Shown here piece after piece: positions 50,197 through 62,274 of a stretch of DNA of 64,000 nt. This stretch comes from Malacoraja senta (taxonomy: Eukaryota), in contig CM075996.1 of NCBI GenBank assembly GCA_038087875.1, positions 126,001 to 190,000 on the forward strand, in the 5' to 3' direction. The position numbers and the translations under genes were made by a program. The notes beneath the pieces were generated by a model that saw only the letters and a list, made by a program, of their open reading frames with translations, was not told where the DNA came from and did no database searches. The first letter of the stretch is position 1; the number at the start of each line of letters is the position of its first letter.

Positions 50197-50675
50197 CCAG
50201 GGGGCCACAGTCTTAGTAACCAGGGGCCATAGTCTTAGATAACCAAGAGCCACAGTCTTAGTAATCAGGGGCCACAGTCTTGGATAACCAGGGGCCACAG
50301 TCTTAGTAACCAGGGGCCACAGTCTTAGTAACCAGGGGCCACAGTCTTAGTAACCAGGGGCCACAGTCTTAGTAACCAGGGGCCACAGTCTTAGAATAAA
50401 GGGGAGGCCATTTAAGACTGAGGTGAGAAAAAACGTTTTCACCCAGAGAGTTGTGAATTTGTGGAATTCCGTGCCTCAGAGGGCAGTGGAGGCCAAATCA
50501 CTGGATGGATTTAAGAGAGAGTTAGATAGAGCTCTAGGGGGCTAATGGAATCAAGGGATATGGGGAGAAGGCAGGCACGGGTTATTGATTGGGGACGATC
50601 ACCCATGATCACAATGAATGGCGGTGCTGGCTCGAAGGGCCGAGTGGCCTCCTCCTGCTAGTTTCTATGTTTCTA
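50197..50675 (+). mobile_element. CR1 3' fragment whose 5' end is a 9-copy, 22-23-bp tandem repeat
   Basis: (CCAGGGGCCACAGTCTTAGTAA)x9, then CR1 3' sequence; TSD tgcagtt. Confidence 0.9.
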
Positions 50676-51509
50676 TGCAGTTGCTGGAATCTTTAGCAAT
50701 ATACAAACTGCTGGAAGAAATCTGAAGAAGAGTTCCAAGAAAGGTCCCCATCCAAAACGTCATCTTCCCATTTCCCTCCAAGGATGTTGCCTGATCACCG
50801 AGTTCCTCCAGCGGTTTGTTTGTTTGATTAAGTATCAAATGGAGACTGGATTCACAGGACAGTTCATAAGAACACAAGAAATAGAGGCAGGGGTAGGCCA
50901 TTCAGCCCCTCAGAAGTGCTCTGCCACTCTTTAATATTATGGCTGATCTTTGACCTCAGTTCCATTTTCCTTTCCAAATTGCTTAATTCCCTTAATATCT
51001 AAAAATCTACCATTCTGGCTCAGGCATGAGAGATGATGCAAAAAATATTTCACAGACAATCATTCTTCTAGCAACAATCCAGGTTTATTGAATTTGATTT
51101 CAGAACCAACCATGGTTGGATTTGAATTCCCACCATATGTTAAATGATACAATTGCATAGAAGAATACAGCACAGGAACAGGCTTTATGGCCCACCATGC
51201 ATGTGCCAACCATAATGTCAGTCTAACTTCATCCCATCTGCCTACACATCTTCCATATCCCTCTATTATCTGTTTCTTCAAGTGCTTGTCCAAATGCCTC
51301 TTAAAAGTTGCTAACCTATCTGTTTCTACCACCTCTCCAGCAGTGTGTTCCAGGCACCTACCATTCTCTGTGTAAAAAAAAAACTGCCTTTCAAATCTCC
51401 CTTAAACTTTCCCCCCTCTCAAACTCTCTAGTATTTGACATTTGCGCCTTAGAAAAAAACACTCCGAGTCTTTGACTAATCTATAACTATCAAGTCAATC
51501 TATGACTAA

Positions 51510-51831
51510 TGGCCCTGTCCCACGGTACGAGTTCATTCCAAGAGCTCTCCTGAGTTTTAAAAAAATCAAACTCGTGGTAAGCACGGAGAATGAACGTAGC
51601 GGGTACGTCGGAGCTCGGGGACGTTTCTTAGTGGCTCCTAACGCTAATGGCAGGAAGACTCGCTAACGGCAGGTAAGCTGGGGAAGACTCGTGAAGATTT
51701 TTCAACATGTTGAAAAATGTCCACGAGAGCCCTGAGTACCGACGAGCGGCCATTACCGTAAATCTCCGAGTTCGAATCAGGGCAAACTCGGGAGAACTCT
51801 TGGAATGAACTCGTACCATGGGACAGGGCCA
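51510..51831. mobile_element. PIF/Harbinger-type MITE (subfamily B, inverted) inside an old minus-strand CR1 (about 51150-52280)
   Basis: TIR TGGCCCTGTCCCA; the host reads LQLYKALVRPHLEY. Confidence 0.88.
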
Positions 51832-52336
51832 TCACATAATATTAATTACTTTTATCAGGTCACCCTTCAGACTCTGACATTCGATAGAGAACAGTCCAAG
51901 TTTATCCATCCTCTTCTCTTGACTAATACTCTCCAATCCCAGGGAACCACTTCTGCACCCTCTCCAAAGCCTCTGCATCCTTTCTGTAACCAGAGTTTCA
52001 CATCATACTCCAAATGTGGCCTAACCAAAGCTTTATACAGCTGCAACATGGCTTCCTGACTTTAATACTCAATACCCCAATCAATGAATCAATGGATTAA
52101 ATCCAATTCAATGATGTTGCCACTTTCAGGGAAGGATAGACTTGCACCCAAACTTCACTCTGTATATCATTTCTCCTAAGAGTTCTACCACTCATTGTAT
52201 ACCTTCCTTTAGTGAAACACCACACAAAGGTACTGATTAAACTCCCATTGCCATTTCTCCGCCCAAATTTCCAACTGATCATTACCTGGACGGTTAAATA
52301 TTCCTAGGCACACTAGCTTACCAAAAGAGTCTTCAG

Positions 52337-52716
52337 GTAGACAAAAAAGCTGGAGAAACTCAGCGGGTGAGGCAGCATCTATGGAGCAAAGGAAATAGGC
52401 GACGTTTTGGGTCAAGACCCTTCTTCAGACTGATGTGGGGGTGGGGGGGGCGGGGAAGAAGAAAGGAAGAGGCGGAGACAGTGGGCTGTGGGAGAGCTGG
52501 GAAGGGGAGGGGAAGGAGGGAGAAAGCAAGGACTACCTGAAATTGGAGAAGGAATGTGTCTCCACATATTTGTCAAGAAAACGATCTGTACACCATCTCC
52601 TTTATTCTCCATTGTATTACTGTTAGTTGCCTGTCTAATTGTAGACTCACCCGCTGAGTTTCTCCAACTTTTTTGTCTACCTTCGATTTTTCCAGCACCT
52701 GCAGTTCTTTCTTAAA
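52337..52716. mobile_element. PLE terminal repeats in inverted arrangement
   Basis: Matches 44718-44935, plus an inverted short copy at 52647-52716. Confidence 0.85.
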
Positions 52717-54230
52717 CATTGGAGTCTTCAGAGTGTCTTGCACATATTGGGTGAAGACAGAAGGTCTAAGTAAAGTTCAGTCTTATTATTTGAGTCATTT
52801 TTCCAATTGGAAGTGTGGACTGAAGGTGCGATTTGGAGCAACAGATTATGGCTGCCAATCTCGGGGGGATGTTGAACTGATCAATAAAGTCAACTGATAA
52901 GTATTATAAATGGTTGCCATTTTGAATGTTCTACTTAAGTGTGTAGTGAGGAAAGAGGAGGAATGAATTGCTAAACAGTCACCCTGGTAAGGCCCTTGGC
53001 TGCGTAGGGTTAAGACGAATGGGTAACAACAGTCTCTTCTCTCGGAGCGATGAATCAATAGAGCCGTTGTTGAGAAAATGGCAGCTCAGTGTTTCGTGAC
53101 ACTCCAGTTCCTTGGGCTGGAGAATGGCCCTTTGTTCTCTGACCTGCGTTACATGCTGAGTGATCACTGGGAAGAGCAAACCCATGGTCACAGCAAATTA
53201 CAGTAATCTTTCTTTCCCTCCGCGAGTGGAATACTGCCTGAAAAACAAGACCATAAATAGGATAATGTCATGTTTTTTTTCACGTCGATGAATCATATGC
53301 TGATCATGGGGGCCATCAAAGAGGTTAAAGTCACTTGTGAGAAAGGTTGGGAGTGCATGGGGAAAAGTGATTGAGCGTGCCTCTGCTTTTGACGGGGTGG
53401 GAGGGGGGAGGGGGGGGGTTACAGCGGAGTTTTAGTGCGGAATTTAATGTCTTCCACCCACCCAACAGCGGAGAGCGGCATTCAGTTCTGTCAGCATAAC
53501 TTGGGAAGGATTAGTGCGGATTCATCAGAACAAAAGGGGTTTAATAATGTTAAGCCGATCGGATATTGATTTATATTTCAATGGTATTCCCTTGCGAAGG
53601 ATGACAGGAGAGCTAAATACATGATATTTAATAGAATGGGCTGTGAGACGTTCTTGTGGGAGAAATAAAGAAAACGGAAGAAAGAGAGTGTACAGTTTTT
53701 GCGCTCCCATGAGTCAACAGGAAAACCACTGATTCACACAAAGGATAGTAAGATTAAATGAGAACTTACCAGTTTGAAGTTTGATCTTTATTTTATGAGG
53801 AGTTACGTAGGTGATTACGTGAAGAACCCCGCCAGTGCGCCTGCGCGTCAATCTTCAAAGCAGCGGTGTGAAATCACAAAAAACAACAACCGAAGTAATA
53901 TAGTCTCATAATAAAACGAGTAATACAAGAACTTCCATCTGACCTTTATGATAGAGGGTAGGGTCGTGGTGGGCACGTAATCACCTACGTAACTCCTCAT
54001 AAAATAAAGATCAAACTTCAAACTGGTAAGTTCTCGTTTAATCTTACTTCGGAGTCACGTGAGTGATTACGTGAAGATTTTAAAGCTTTGTGATTTCATG
54101 CCGTAGATCAATCCCGGCTTCTCACTGCATTGATTGACTCGTAACGAGAATAATCAATCATGCATTCATAATAACATTTGTACCACAAATGCAGTAATTC
54201 ATTTCAATAATGAAATTAATCAGATCCCCT

Positions 54231-55190
54231 TTAAACCATAGTTTCTGCAAACAATCCCGCATTAACAATAGGCCGATGGTAAAAATGTTGAAACATCAAC
54301 TCATTGGACCACCCGGTGGCTGCGAGGATATAGTCGACGGGGACGTCTTTTGCCCTGGCCGCCGACGTTTCTGCTGCCCTAGTCGAGTGAGACGTAAAAA
54401 CATAAGTGTTAATACCAGCAGCTGTTAAGACTTCTTTTATCCATCTGGAAATAGTCTGTATTGAAACTCTCTTGTGTGGTTTCTTGTGTATGATCAACAA
54501 CCCAGTTTCCGTATTTCTCAAATTCTTTGTGACCTCAATGTATTGTAACAAATATGTCTTAACACAGAGACAAGGATCATTTGGATATGCTGCTAGCATA
54601 ATTTTAAATCCTGTCACACCTGGCCTAATTTACTTTAGTAGGTCATAGATATAGAATGTAACCTTGTCTTCAGTTACTTCCATACTGTCTATTTGTAATT
54701 TTCCAAGTGTTTGCACTCGTTGTGCTGTCACTCATGCCATAAGCATGAATACTTTCATACTGAGCTTGGCCAAAGGTAAAGACACACTTGGTGACCATTC
54801 ACGAAGTAGTTTCAGTACCACACTTACATCCCAGATTGTCATGTACCTAGGTTTTGGTGGTTTGGAATTAAAGATTTCTTTCATTAGTCTGGAAACAATT
54901 GGGTGTGACCCAATTGGGTTTCTTTCTGAATCCAGAACCAAATATGAGGACAATGCACTTCTGGCTGAATTAATTGCACTACAACTCAGACCTTCATCAT
55001 AATAAAGTTTTGACAGAAATTCTAAACATTTGAAATATCTGCAGTACTATATTGCACATTCTTTTGTACACAGAACTCTTCCCATTTCTTAATATAAGAA
55101 AGGTACTGTTTTTGAGTGCTCTTCCTCCAGGCTGCCGTAAGCATGTCCACAGTACGCTCAGACAGTCCTCGCCCCAGAAAAGGCCTTCTT
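54231..55190 (-). pseudogene. DIRS tyrosine recombinase (frameshifted)
   Basis: AAWRKSTQKQY...; HPIVSRLMK..KPPKPRY..WDV; AQRVQTL; SHSTRAA; AATGWS..FQHFYHR (R...H-x-x-R...W...Y catalytic set). Confidence 0.9.
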
Positions 55191-55601
55191 AAAACCTGCA
55201 AATCAACAAATCCAAACGATCATATAATGGATGTTGTTCCCCTGTTACAGGGTGCAGCAATAAATTACTCCTTTTTGGGACTTTCATCAACATTTGTGTT
55301 GTTAATTCTAATATCAACGGATACCATGGCTGTGTAGGCCAATCTAGTACTACTAATACCCCTGACGCAGCATCTTGCCTGATTTTAAGCAAACATTGGC
55401 TTATGAGGCAGAAAAGTGGAAATATATATATGAAAACATACCACCCCAATGTAGCGAGAAAGCATCAATCGCCACTGCTCCTGGATCTGATTCCCATGAG
55501 ACATATCTCGATAGCTGATGATTCAGTCTAGATGCAAACAAGTCGATGTCGGGCATTCCAAATCTGATTACTATATCATTGAATACCTCTCGATTCAACA
55601 T
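55189..55601 (-). pseudogene. DIRS Dam-like N6-adenine methyltransferase domain (frameshifted)
   Basis: PDIDLFASRLNHQL..YVSW..DAFSLHW; YIFPLF (FPPF-like); VVLDWPTQPWYP. Confidence 0.85.
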
Positions 55602-55619
55602 CCATTCTTATTATCATGG

Positions 55620-57060
55620 AACTTTCGTGACCTGGTGTCTGCTATCGTGTTCATTCTACCTGGTAGATAGATAGCTGAAATCCAAATGTTCTTTTCAATA
55701 CACCCAGACCAAAGTTGATTAGCCATTTTGTCACATGATTCCACCCATATCATTAATATAGGCAACTGCTGTTGTGTTTATCAATTTGAACTTGAACATG
55801 CCTTTTAGTTGTGTTAGAACAATAAGCTTGGAGTCCATAGAAACATCCTAAAACTCCAAATAGTTAACTCCCCATGTCTGCAGTAACAATGACTCTTCCT
55901 GATTCCATCTGCCTCCGCAGCTAGATGCTAAGTCAGTTGCACCCCATCCTAGTGCACTGGCATCAGTTTGTAATATCATGGAAGGTTGTTCAATCAGCAC
56001 TTTGCTGGAACTGCTTGAGACATGTAGAATCCACCACTGCAGATCAGAAACAGCATTTGTTGTTAGTTGCATGGTTCTATCAATATGACCAGCATGCATT
56101 CTCAGTGCCTGTTCTTTAACTCTCTGCAGCTGTTGATAATGTAATGGTCCGTATTGGACTGCTGGGAATGCTGCTACTAATTTTCCCAGTACTCGAGCCA
56201 CCTGTCTGATTGAGGGTTTTTGCTCGTTTAACAGATTACTGCAATCTTTAATCAATTCCACCCTTTTTTCACTGGGCAAAGTAATTTTCATTTGGACTGA
56301 ATCAATTGTGAACCCCAAATAATCAATCGAGGTACATGGTGTTAACCTTGATTTCTTTGGATGAATTAGAAACCCCAAACTTTGAAAAGTTGATTTCACA
56401 ACTGCAACAGATGCTTCTGTTGACTGTTTTGTCCTTCCTATAATCAGGACATCATCCAAGTATGCCATTAGTGCATGCCCCTGGCTTCTCAGCAACCCCA
56501 GAATTGGTTTTTAACAATTTTGTGAATATTCTGGGAGCGGATGTTAATCCATTAGGCAAAGCTTTGAACTGCCATAACTGGTTCATCCATGTAAATTTAA
56601 GATACTTCCTATCTTCCGAGTAAACAGACACTGAATAATATGTATCTTTTAAATCTATAATTGCCATATGACATGCTTCTGAAATAAGTTGTTTGGCAGT
56701 CACAAATGTCTCCCTTTTAAAATGTTTAAATTAAACAAAAGGATTCAGACTTGTCAAGTCTAGAATAATCCTACATCCTCCATCCTTTTTTGATCGAGGG
56801 AATATATTTGACACAAATTGGTGAATTTGGTAGACTGATTCTTCAATAACACCTTTTATATATATAGGGTTTGAAATGCAGCTTGAACCTCCATCACTTC
56901 TTTTTGTGCAAAGTGGAGAGTTCTGCTAGGAACATGCTGGACAGGCAAATCATAATTTGGATTGAATTCAATTCGAAATCCTTGTATACTATTCAGAATT
57001 ACCACATTTGAAGTAATCTTCTTCCAATTGTTATAGAAGATCCGTAATCTGCCTCCAACG
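55620..57060 (-). pseudogene. DIRS reverse transcriptase and RNase H (frameshifted)
   Basis: VGGRL..FY..W; IDLKDTYYSV; LPNGLTSAPRIFTK; AYLDD; DYLG; QTDASALGWG. Confidence 0.93.
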
Positions 57061-57099
57061 TTTGGACTTAATCCGGTTAGTATGTTCCCATGAGAACCA

Positions 57100-58253
57100 G
57101 GTCCACCTACCTCTTGAATCATTTGAGTACTCTGAGATCCCTGGATTCTCCCGGAAGCACCCCCACTGGTTCTTGCTCCCGCTGCAGGCCGCCAGCTACG
57201 TCCCTGCGTTAATGAGCGACTTGGTCCTGGTCCAGGATCCGTATGACGTCTGAAAGGATACTTCCTCTTTACAGACTTTACAACCATTGATGTTTTCATC
57301 AATCCTGTTTTCGCTTCATCTTCCAACTCTTTAATACGTCTCCCGAGATCCTCTCCAAAGAGTAAGTTGGGTAATTGTACATTACTTGGTTTGCAGAGTG
57401 CTGCGAATTTCGGATTCATAGTAGGCCATATAGCACCTTTCCTCAGACAATTGATCTCGAAGTGGGTGCTGCATAGCAACCCCAGTGCTTCCTGATGCAA
57501 CTCCGTCATCTCTTGGCTTTTATCTGCTATTCTGGCAAAAGCAGTTATTCCAGAAACCAGCAGCTTTAATATTCTCTGCAATTTCAATTCTTGAGTTCTC
57601 ATAGTCATACTCAACTCATATTTTCTTGCATTCTCATCCATCTCCTGCTGTTCCAGCTGATGGGAAACCAAGTAATTTATTAGGGAGGCCAATTCTTCTC
57701 CTAATGGCTCTCCTGACCCTGACGGGGCAGCGAATCGTACTGCCAGGGATGGAACATCTGGCAGCTGCCGTTCTTCGCCTTGTACAGCCTCACCATCAGA
57801 GTCGGAGTCTGAAATCTCATGACCCGTGGCACGCTCCTCATCCCTGAGGGTGCATTCTATCAGCCCTGTACCAGGAGCTGTTGAGCTGCTTCCAGCAGCT
57901 TGGATTTCAGTACACTCTTACCCGAGTGTGCTTCGCTCCAACAGCCTATGTTGCAGGCTTTCCATTTGGGCAATACGCTTAAAAGCAGTATCTAGCTCTG
58001 GAGCTTCTTCCATTTCCATTTCCTGGGACTCCTCCTCCGTGGCCCGTTTCGATTTGAACTTGGCCTTGCGCCCGACAGGCGCTGACTGCCCCAGGTCCAC
58101 AGTCGCTATGCTCACCGCTGGCGACTGTACCGGGGTTAGAGGCGGTTGGTCGCTAACCGCAGACTCCCGACTTTCCCGACTTTCTGTCGGCTGTGTCGCT
58201 CGCCTCTTCCCCCTGCCCGTTTTTTCCATGGCGTCTGTGGAAAAAATCCCCAC
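57100..58253 (-). pseudogene. DIRS gag-like ORF1 (disrupted)
   Basis: ORFs 57918-58253 and 56856-57692 (LLFGEDL motif) lie 5' of RT. Confidence 0.7.
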
Positions 58254-58499
58254 AGACCCACAGTAAACGGACCTGAAAATACTGAAAAAAGTTTTTACTT
58301 AGCTTGTAGTTAAAAAACTACAAATCCATTAGAGGAGCTCTGCTCCTCACGTCCGTTTGCATCAAGGCGTCTGACGTAATGACGTGCAGGCGCACTGGCG
58401 GGGTTCTTTACGTATTCACTCACGTGACTCCGAAGTAAAATAGCATATATCTGGAACTCCTATTAAGCTGTGGATGCTGGATACCAATTTCTGCTTGGT

Positions 58500-58816
58500 T
58501 CGCATCTCACCGTTGCCATCGGGAAGAAGGTACAGGAGCCTGAAATCTGTAACATCCAGGTTCAGGAACAGCCACTTCCCCACAGCCATCAGGCTATTAA
58601 ACTCGACATCAAATAAGCTCTGAACAATAGTCTATTATTATTATTATTGCACTATATCTTTATTTATTGTGTATATATGGTCTATGGACACAATGAACTT
58701 TTATCTTCTGTTCTGTATTATGTTTACATATTCTGTTGTGCTGAAGCAAAGCAAGAATTTCATTGTCCTATCTGGGACACATGACAATAAAGCACTCTTG
58801 ACTTGACTCTTGACTT
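58500..58816 (+). mobile_element. Rex1/Babar 3' fragment
   Basis: SPLPSGRRYRSL...AIRLLN, with the same 3' UTR as 20700-21005. Confidence 0.87.
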
Positions 58817-59179
58817 GGCTTTTAAGTCAGAGGTGAAATCGCCTTATGTACGGAGCAATGGTGGGGCAAATGGAATTAAATTACAGTTCAGCATTATCCA
58901 ACTGAATAGTGAGATAGGCCCGAAGGCAGAATGGTCATCTTTTGTCCCCAGTTTACTAACTGAAATCTTGCTTTGACAATGCGTTGATGGATAAGTAATC
59001 TGGGCAATACAATCATTTACATGATCTGGTGTATCACCTTAAACACTACCTGTTATCTGCAAAATCAAATTTAGATGTGCGTTTTCTCCAGATTTTCTTT
59101 TGCCCTGTTCTATTATCCGCATTACCCTCAGCAACTAGGGAACCAGCTCACTGCCCTATCGTCATCTTGGCATTGTGTT

Positions 59180-59380
59180 TAAGAAGCAACTGCAGATGCT
59201 GGAAAATCGAAGGTGGACAAAAATGCTGGAGAAACTCAGCGGGTGAGGCAGCATCTATGGAGCGAAGGAAATAGGCAATGCCTCGGGCCAAAACCCTTCT
59301 TCACCCGAAACGTTGCCTATTTCCTTCGCTCCATAGATGCTGCTGCACCCGCTGAGTTTCTCCAGCATTTTTGTGTACCT
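59180..59380. mobile_element. PLE hairpin element with flanking duplication
   Basis: Inverted PLE repeats; tcttggcattgt occurs on both sides. Confidence 0.85.
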
Positions 59381-59819
59381 AGTCTTGGCATTGTTGTCCA
59401 GATGAGAAATATCGAATAGATCTCTCCATCTTGAGAAAGAGTCCCTTTCAGAACTGTGATATTAACTTCATCCCCCCCCCCCCCCTCCAATATAGAGGAT
59501 AATTCTCCAGTAATAATCATCACAAATTGGTGTAATAAAATCAGTTATGCTAAAACCACACATTAAACTAAAATCTAATTTTTCGGGCACTTCCGCCCTT
59601 CTGCCTCCATAAAGCATTGAGGGGAAACATGGGACTTCACTTCCTGAGTTCCCATATTAAGCCGTTTCATCGATGACCTTCCTGCCATTATCTGAACGAA
59701 TGTAAGGACGTCCGTGAGCACAGTGCTCAGGTCGACATGCAGCCCCCTCAGTAAATGAAGCAATCCAGACCTGCAGGCATCAAACCCAGACACGATCCCA
59801 GCATGCGATGGTAAATAGT

Positions 59820-60545
59820 AAGCATTGTTTGTGGCACTCAACTGCCAGGCAAGGCCAACTCCACCAAGAGTGATTCAAATCACACACCCATGACATTCAA
59901 TGCCACTACCATCACCACGTCTTCTATCGTCAGCATTGATCAGAAACACAAATGGACCAGCCACGTGGATGTTGTGAATGCAAGAGTCGGTGAGTCAGCT
60001 GGGTATTCTGTGATGAGTGACTCACCTCCTGTCAAACCAAAGTCAGTCCATCATCCACTTGACACAAGTCAGGAATGTGATGGAATGCTTTCAACCTGCT
60101 CCAATACAACTCGAGAGACTCACCAACATCCAAGACCAAGCATCCTGCTTGATTTGTCACCCACCCAGCACCCTAAACACTCATCACCTCCAGCAAAAGT
60201 GCACAGTGACTGGAGTGCACAGAGTCAGCAAACGGATTAAACGTACCCCAACAAAACCTCTCAAATCTGAGACCTCTCCCACCTTGCAGGGAAAGGCCAG
60301 AAGACGAATGGTAGGACCATGAACTCCATATTCACACCGTTCTGACCTGGTAATACATTGCCATTCCTTAATCTTGGCTGCGTAAATCCTGGCACTGCCT
60401 CCCGAAGAGCCCTATGACAACACCTTCACCTAAAGGATTGCAGAAGTTCAAGGAGGTGGTTCATCAGTCACCTTCTCAAGGGCACTATGGGATGAGCAAT
60501 TAATGTCCACACTCCTGCGAGTGACGTCCACCCTCAATGAATGAA
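59820..60545 (+). mobile_element. Old CR1/L2-group LINE 3' relic
   Basis: SIDQKHKWTSHV..V.AR; TQVRNVMEC; (TGAA)n end. Confidence 0.55.
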
Positions 60546-60842
60546 CTGCTGTTTACTCTAAAAAAAAAAATAAAGAATGGATTTCCATTCACGGTGGACT
60601 CAATTTTCCCTGCAGTCGTCGGTTCCCATTTTACGCCCTGAGAACTGGGCTTAAAATGTCGTTCAGTGGAAGATTACTGATAATTCCCTAGTCCTTGCCC
60701 CTAGCTACATTTGCCCATTTTAATCACATCACTTTCTGGACAGGGTATTGTTTCCCTTGTGAATCATCATCCCTTAATCTTTCAAGGGAGCAGCACACCT
60801 TAAAAACGAACAATCTGTGCAGAATCTGTCATTACCTTTTAA

Positions 60843-60906
60843 TCTCTCCTCTCTCTCTCTCTCCCTCTTTCCCTCTCTCTCTCTTTCCCTCTCTCTCTCT
60901 CCCTCA

Positions 60907-60957
<51 letters not shown>

Positions 60958-60976
60958 CCTCTCTCTCTCTCTCTCA
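60843..60976. repeat. (CT)n microsatellite
   Basis: Seen directly. Confidence 0.97.
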
Positions 60977-61689
60977 CTAGCAGTCCTTTAAACTCAGAGC
61001 TCAAGCACCTCCAGCCTACATCTCACTCTAGCAGTTGGAGTTCATCGACATTCACATCTGCTGCTCACCACACACGCCACTCAAACACTTTACTTACCCC
61101 AGTTTCTGATTTTTATAGCTCTGTACAAACTCCTTCGAGTTGTCAAACGCCTCTTTTTTTGCCACTGCTGCCCTGCATTTAACATCTTCATTGCTTCAAC
61201 CCCTAGGTATCCTTTAGACAACACAAGGGAACTATCTGCATCACACTCTATTTTCCTAAGGCTTACACACTGAGCTTTAACTTTTGGGATCTCCTCATTG
61301 TGATCCCATTTAAGTTTGACTCCAGGAATTTTAGCTAAAGTCCAAATTGCGAACTTGTCTCAAGTAGCCCTGGTGCCTCCTGCTGGTATCTGCAATCAGA
61401 ATTGGTGCATCAGCAATGATCAAAGGCTGCTCATCAATATCTTAACCCCAAATTTGAGTCATGCGGAGTGTCTCTCTTATATATGGTGAAAGGGTAGCGT
61501 GACATAACACATCCTTGTCTCATTCCTCTGATCTTTGTGCACTTTTTAAAAACTCATTATCAGCTGGAGACTTGTACTTTACCCTGAGTCTCAGCTCGTG
61601 GAGGCACCTTTTTTTTGCTGAATGTTTTCTTGTAATCTTATACTGCGCGGATACGCCTTGTCCTGCTTCTCACAGCGGCAAGAGCTTTG

Positions 61690-62040
61690 GCACAGGCTCA
61701 CGTTGGCCCAGGTCCCTCTGAGCACAGGGGAAGGTCCAGTTCAACGCTCCTGACATTCACAGCAGATATCGGCTGTACTGTCAAAAGTGCCATCTTTCAG
61801 ATATCACATTAAAATTAAATCCCCTTCTGCACTGTAAGGTGGGAAGGACGGGGAGCTCCGGGGCTGGGTGTGGTCCACTTTGGAGTCCTGGCCAAAATGC
61901 ATCCCGCTCTTAATATCAACGCCATTGGCACATTACTGCTTGTGGAAGCTTGCAGTCTACAAATTAGCTGTCGTGTCTAGTACATTAGAACAGCAACTGC
62001 TTAAAAAATAAATACAAATTGTTGCCTCTAACTATCATTT
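61690..62040 (+). mobile_element. Old Deu-domain SINE
   Basis: actgtcaaaagtgccatctttcagat...gtcctggccaaaat...caaattagctg motifs. Confidence 0.6.
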
Positions 62041-62274
62041 ATTTATGCCCGGGACAACATTTAATGTCAAGAATAGACATAAAATGCTGGAGTAACTCAG
62101 CAGGACAGGAGAACTCAGCATCTCTGGAGAGAAGGAATGGGTGACGTTTCGGGTCAAGACCCTTCTTCAGACTGAAACATTTAGTGTCATTCTCTTAGTC
62201 CGAGAGGAACTGGGTGTAACAGGAGTTGACATTACAGCAGAAGAGTCAATCGCATTGTTGTAGGTTTGGAGTTA

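Larger units (their letters stand above)
53745..58443 (-). mobile_element. DIRS1-type tyrosine-recombinase retrotransposon, near full length, ORFs disrupted
   Basis: Non-identical ITRs, ICR at 53975-54076, domain order gag-RT-RH-MT-YR, and ATAG at both junctions. Confidence 0.95.

Noticed and set aside
50197..50397. CRISPR-like array
   Set aside because: The repeats are head-to-tail with no spacers, derive from CR1 sequence and have no cas genes nearby; the context is eukaryotic.
54231..55601. Prophage or bacterial contamination (integrase plus methylase)
   Set aside because: The domains lie inside a DIRS1 structure with RT, ITRs and ICR, embedded in vertebrate repeats.
60695..61182. Ser/Leu-rich ORFs
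   Set aside because: Translation of the (CT)n microsatellite.
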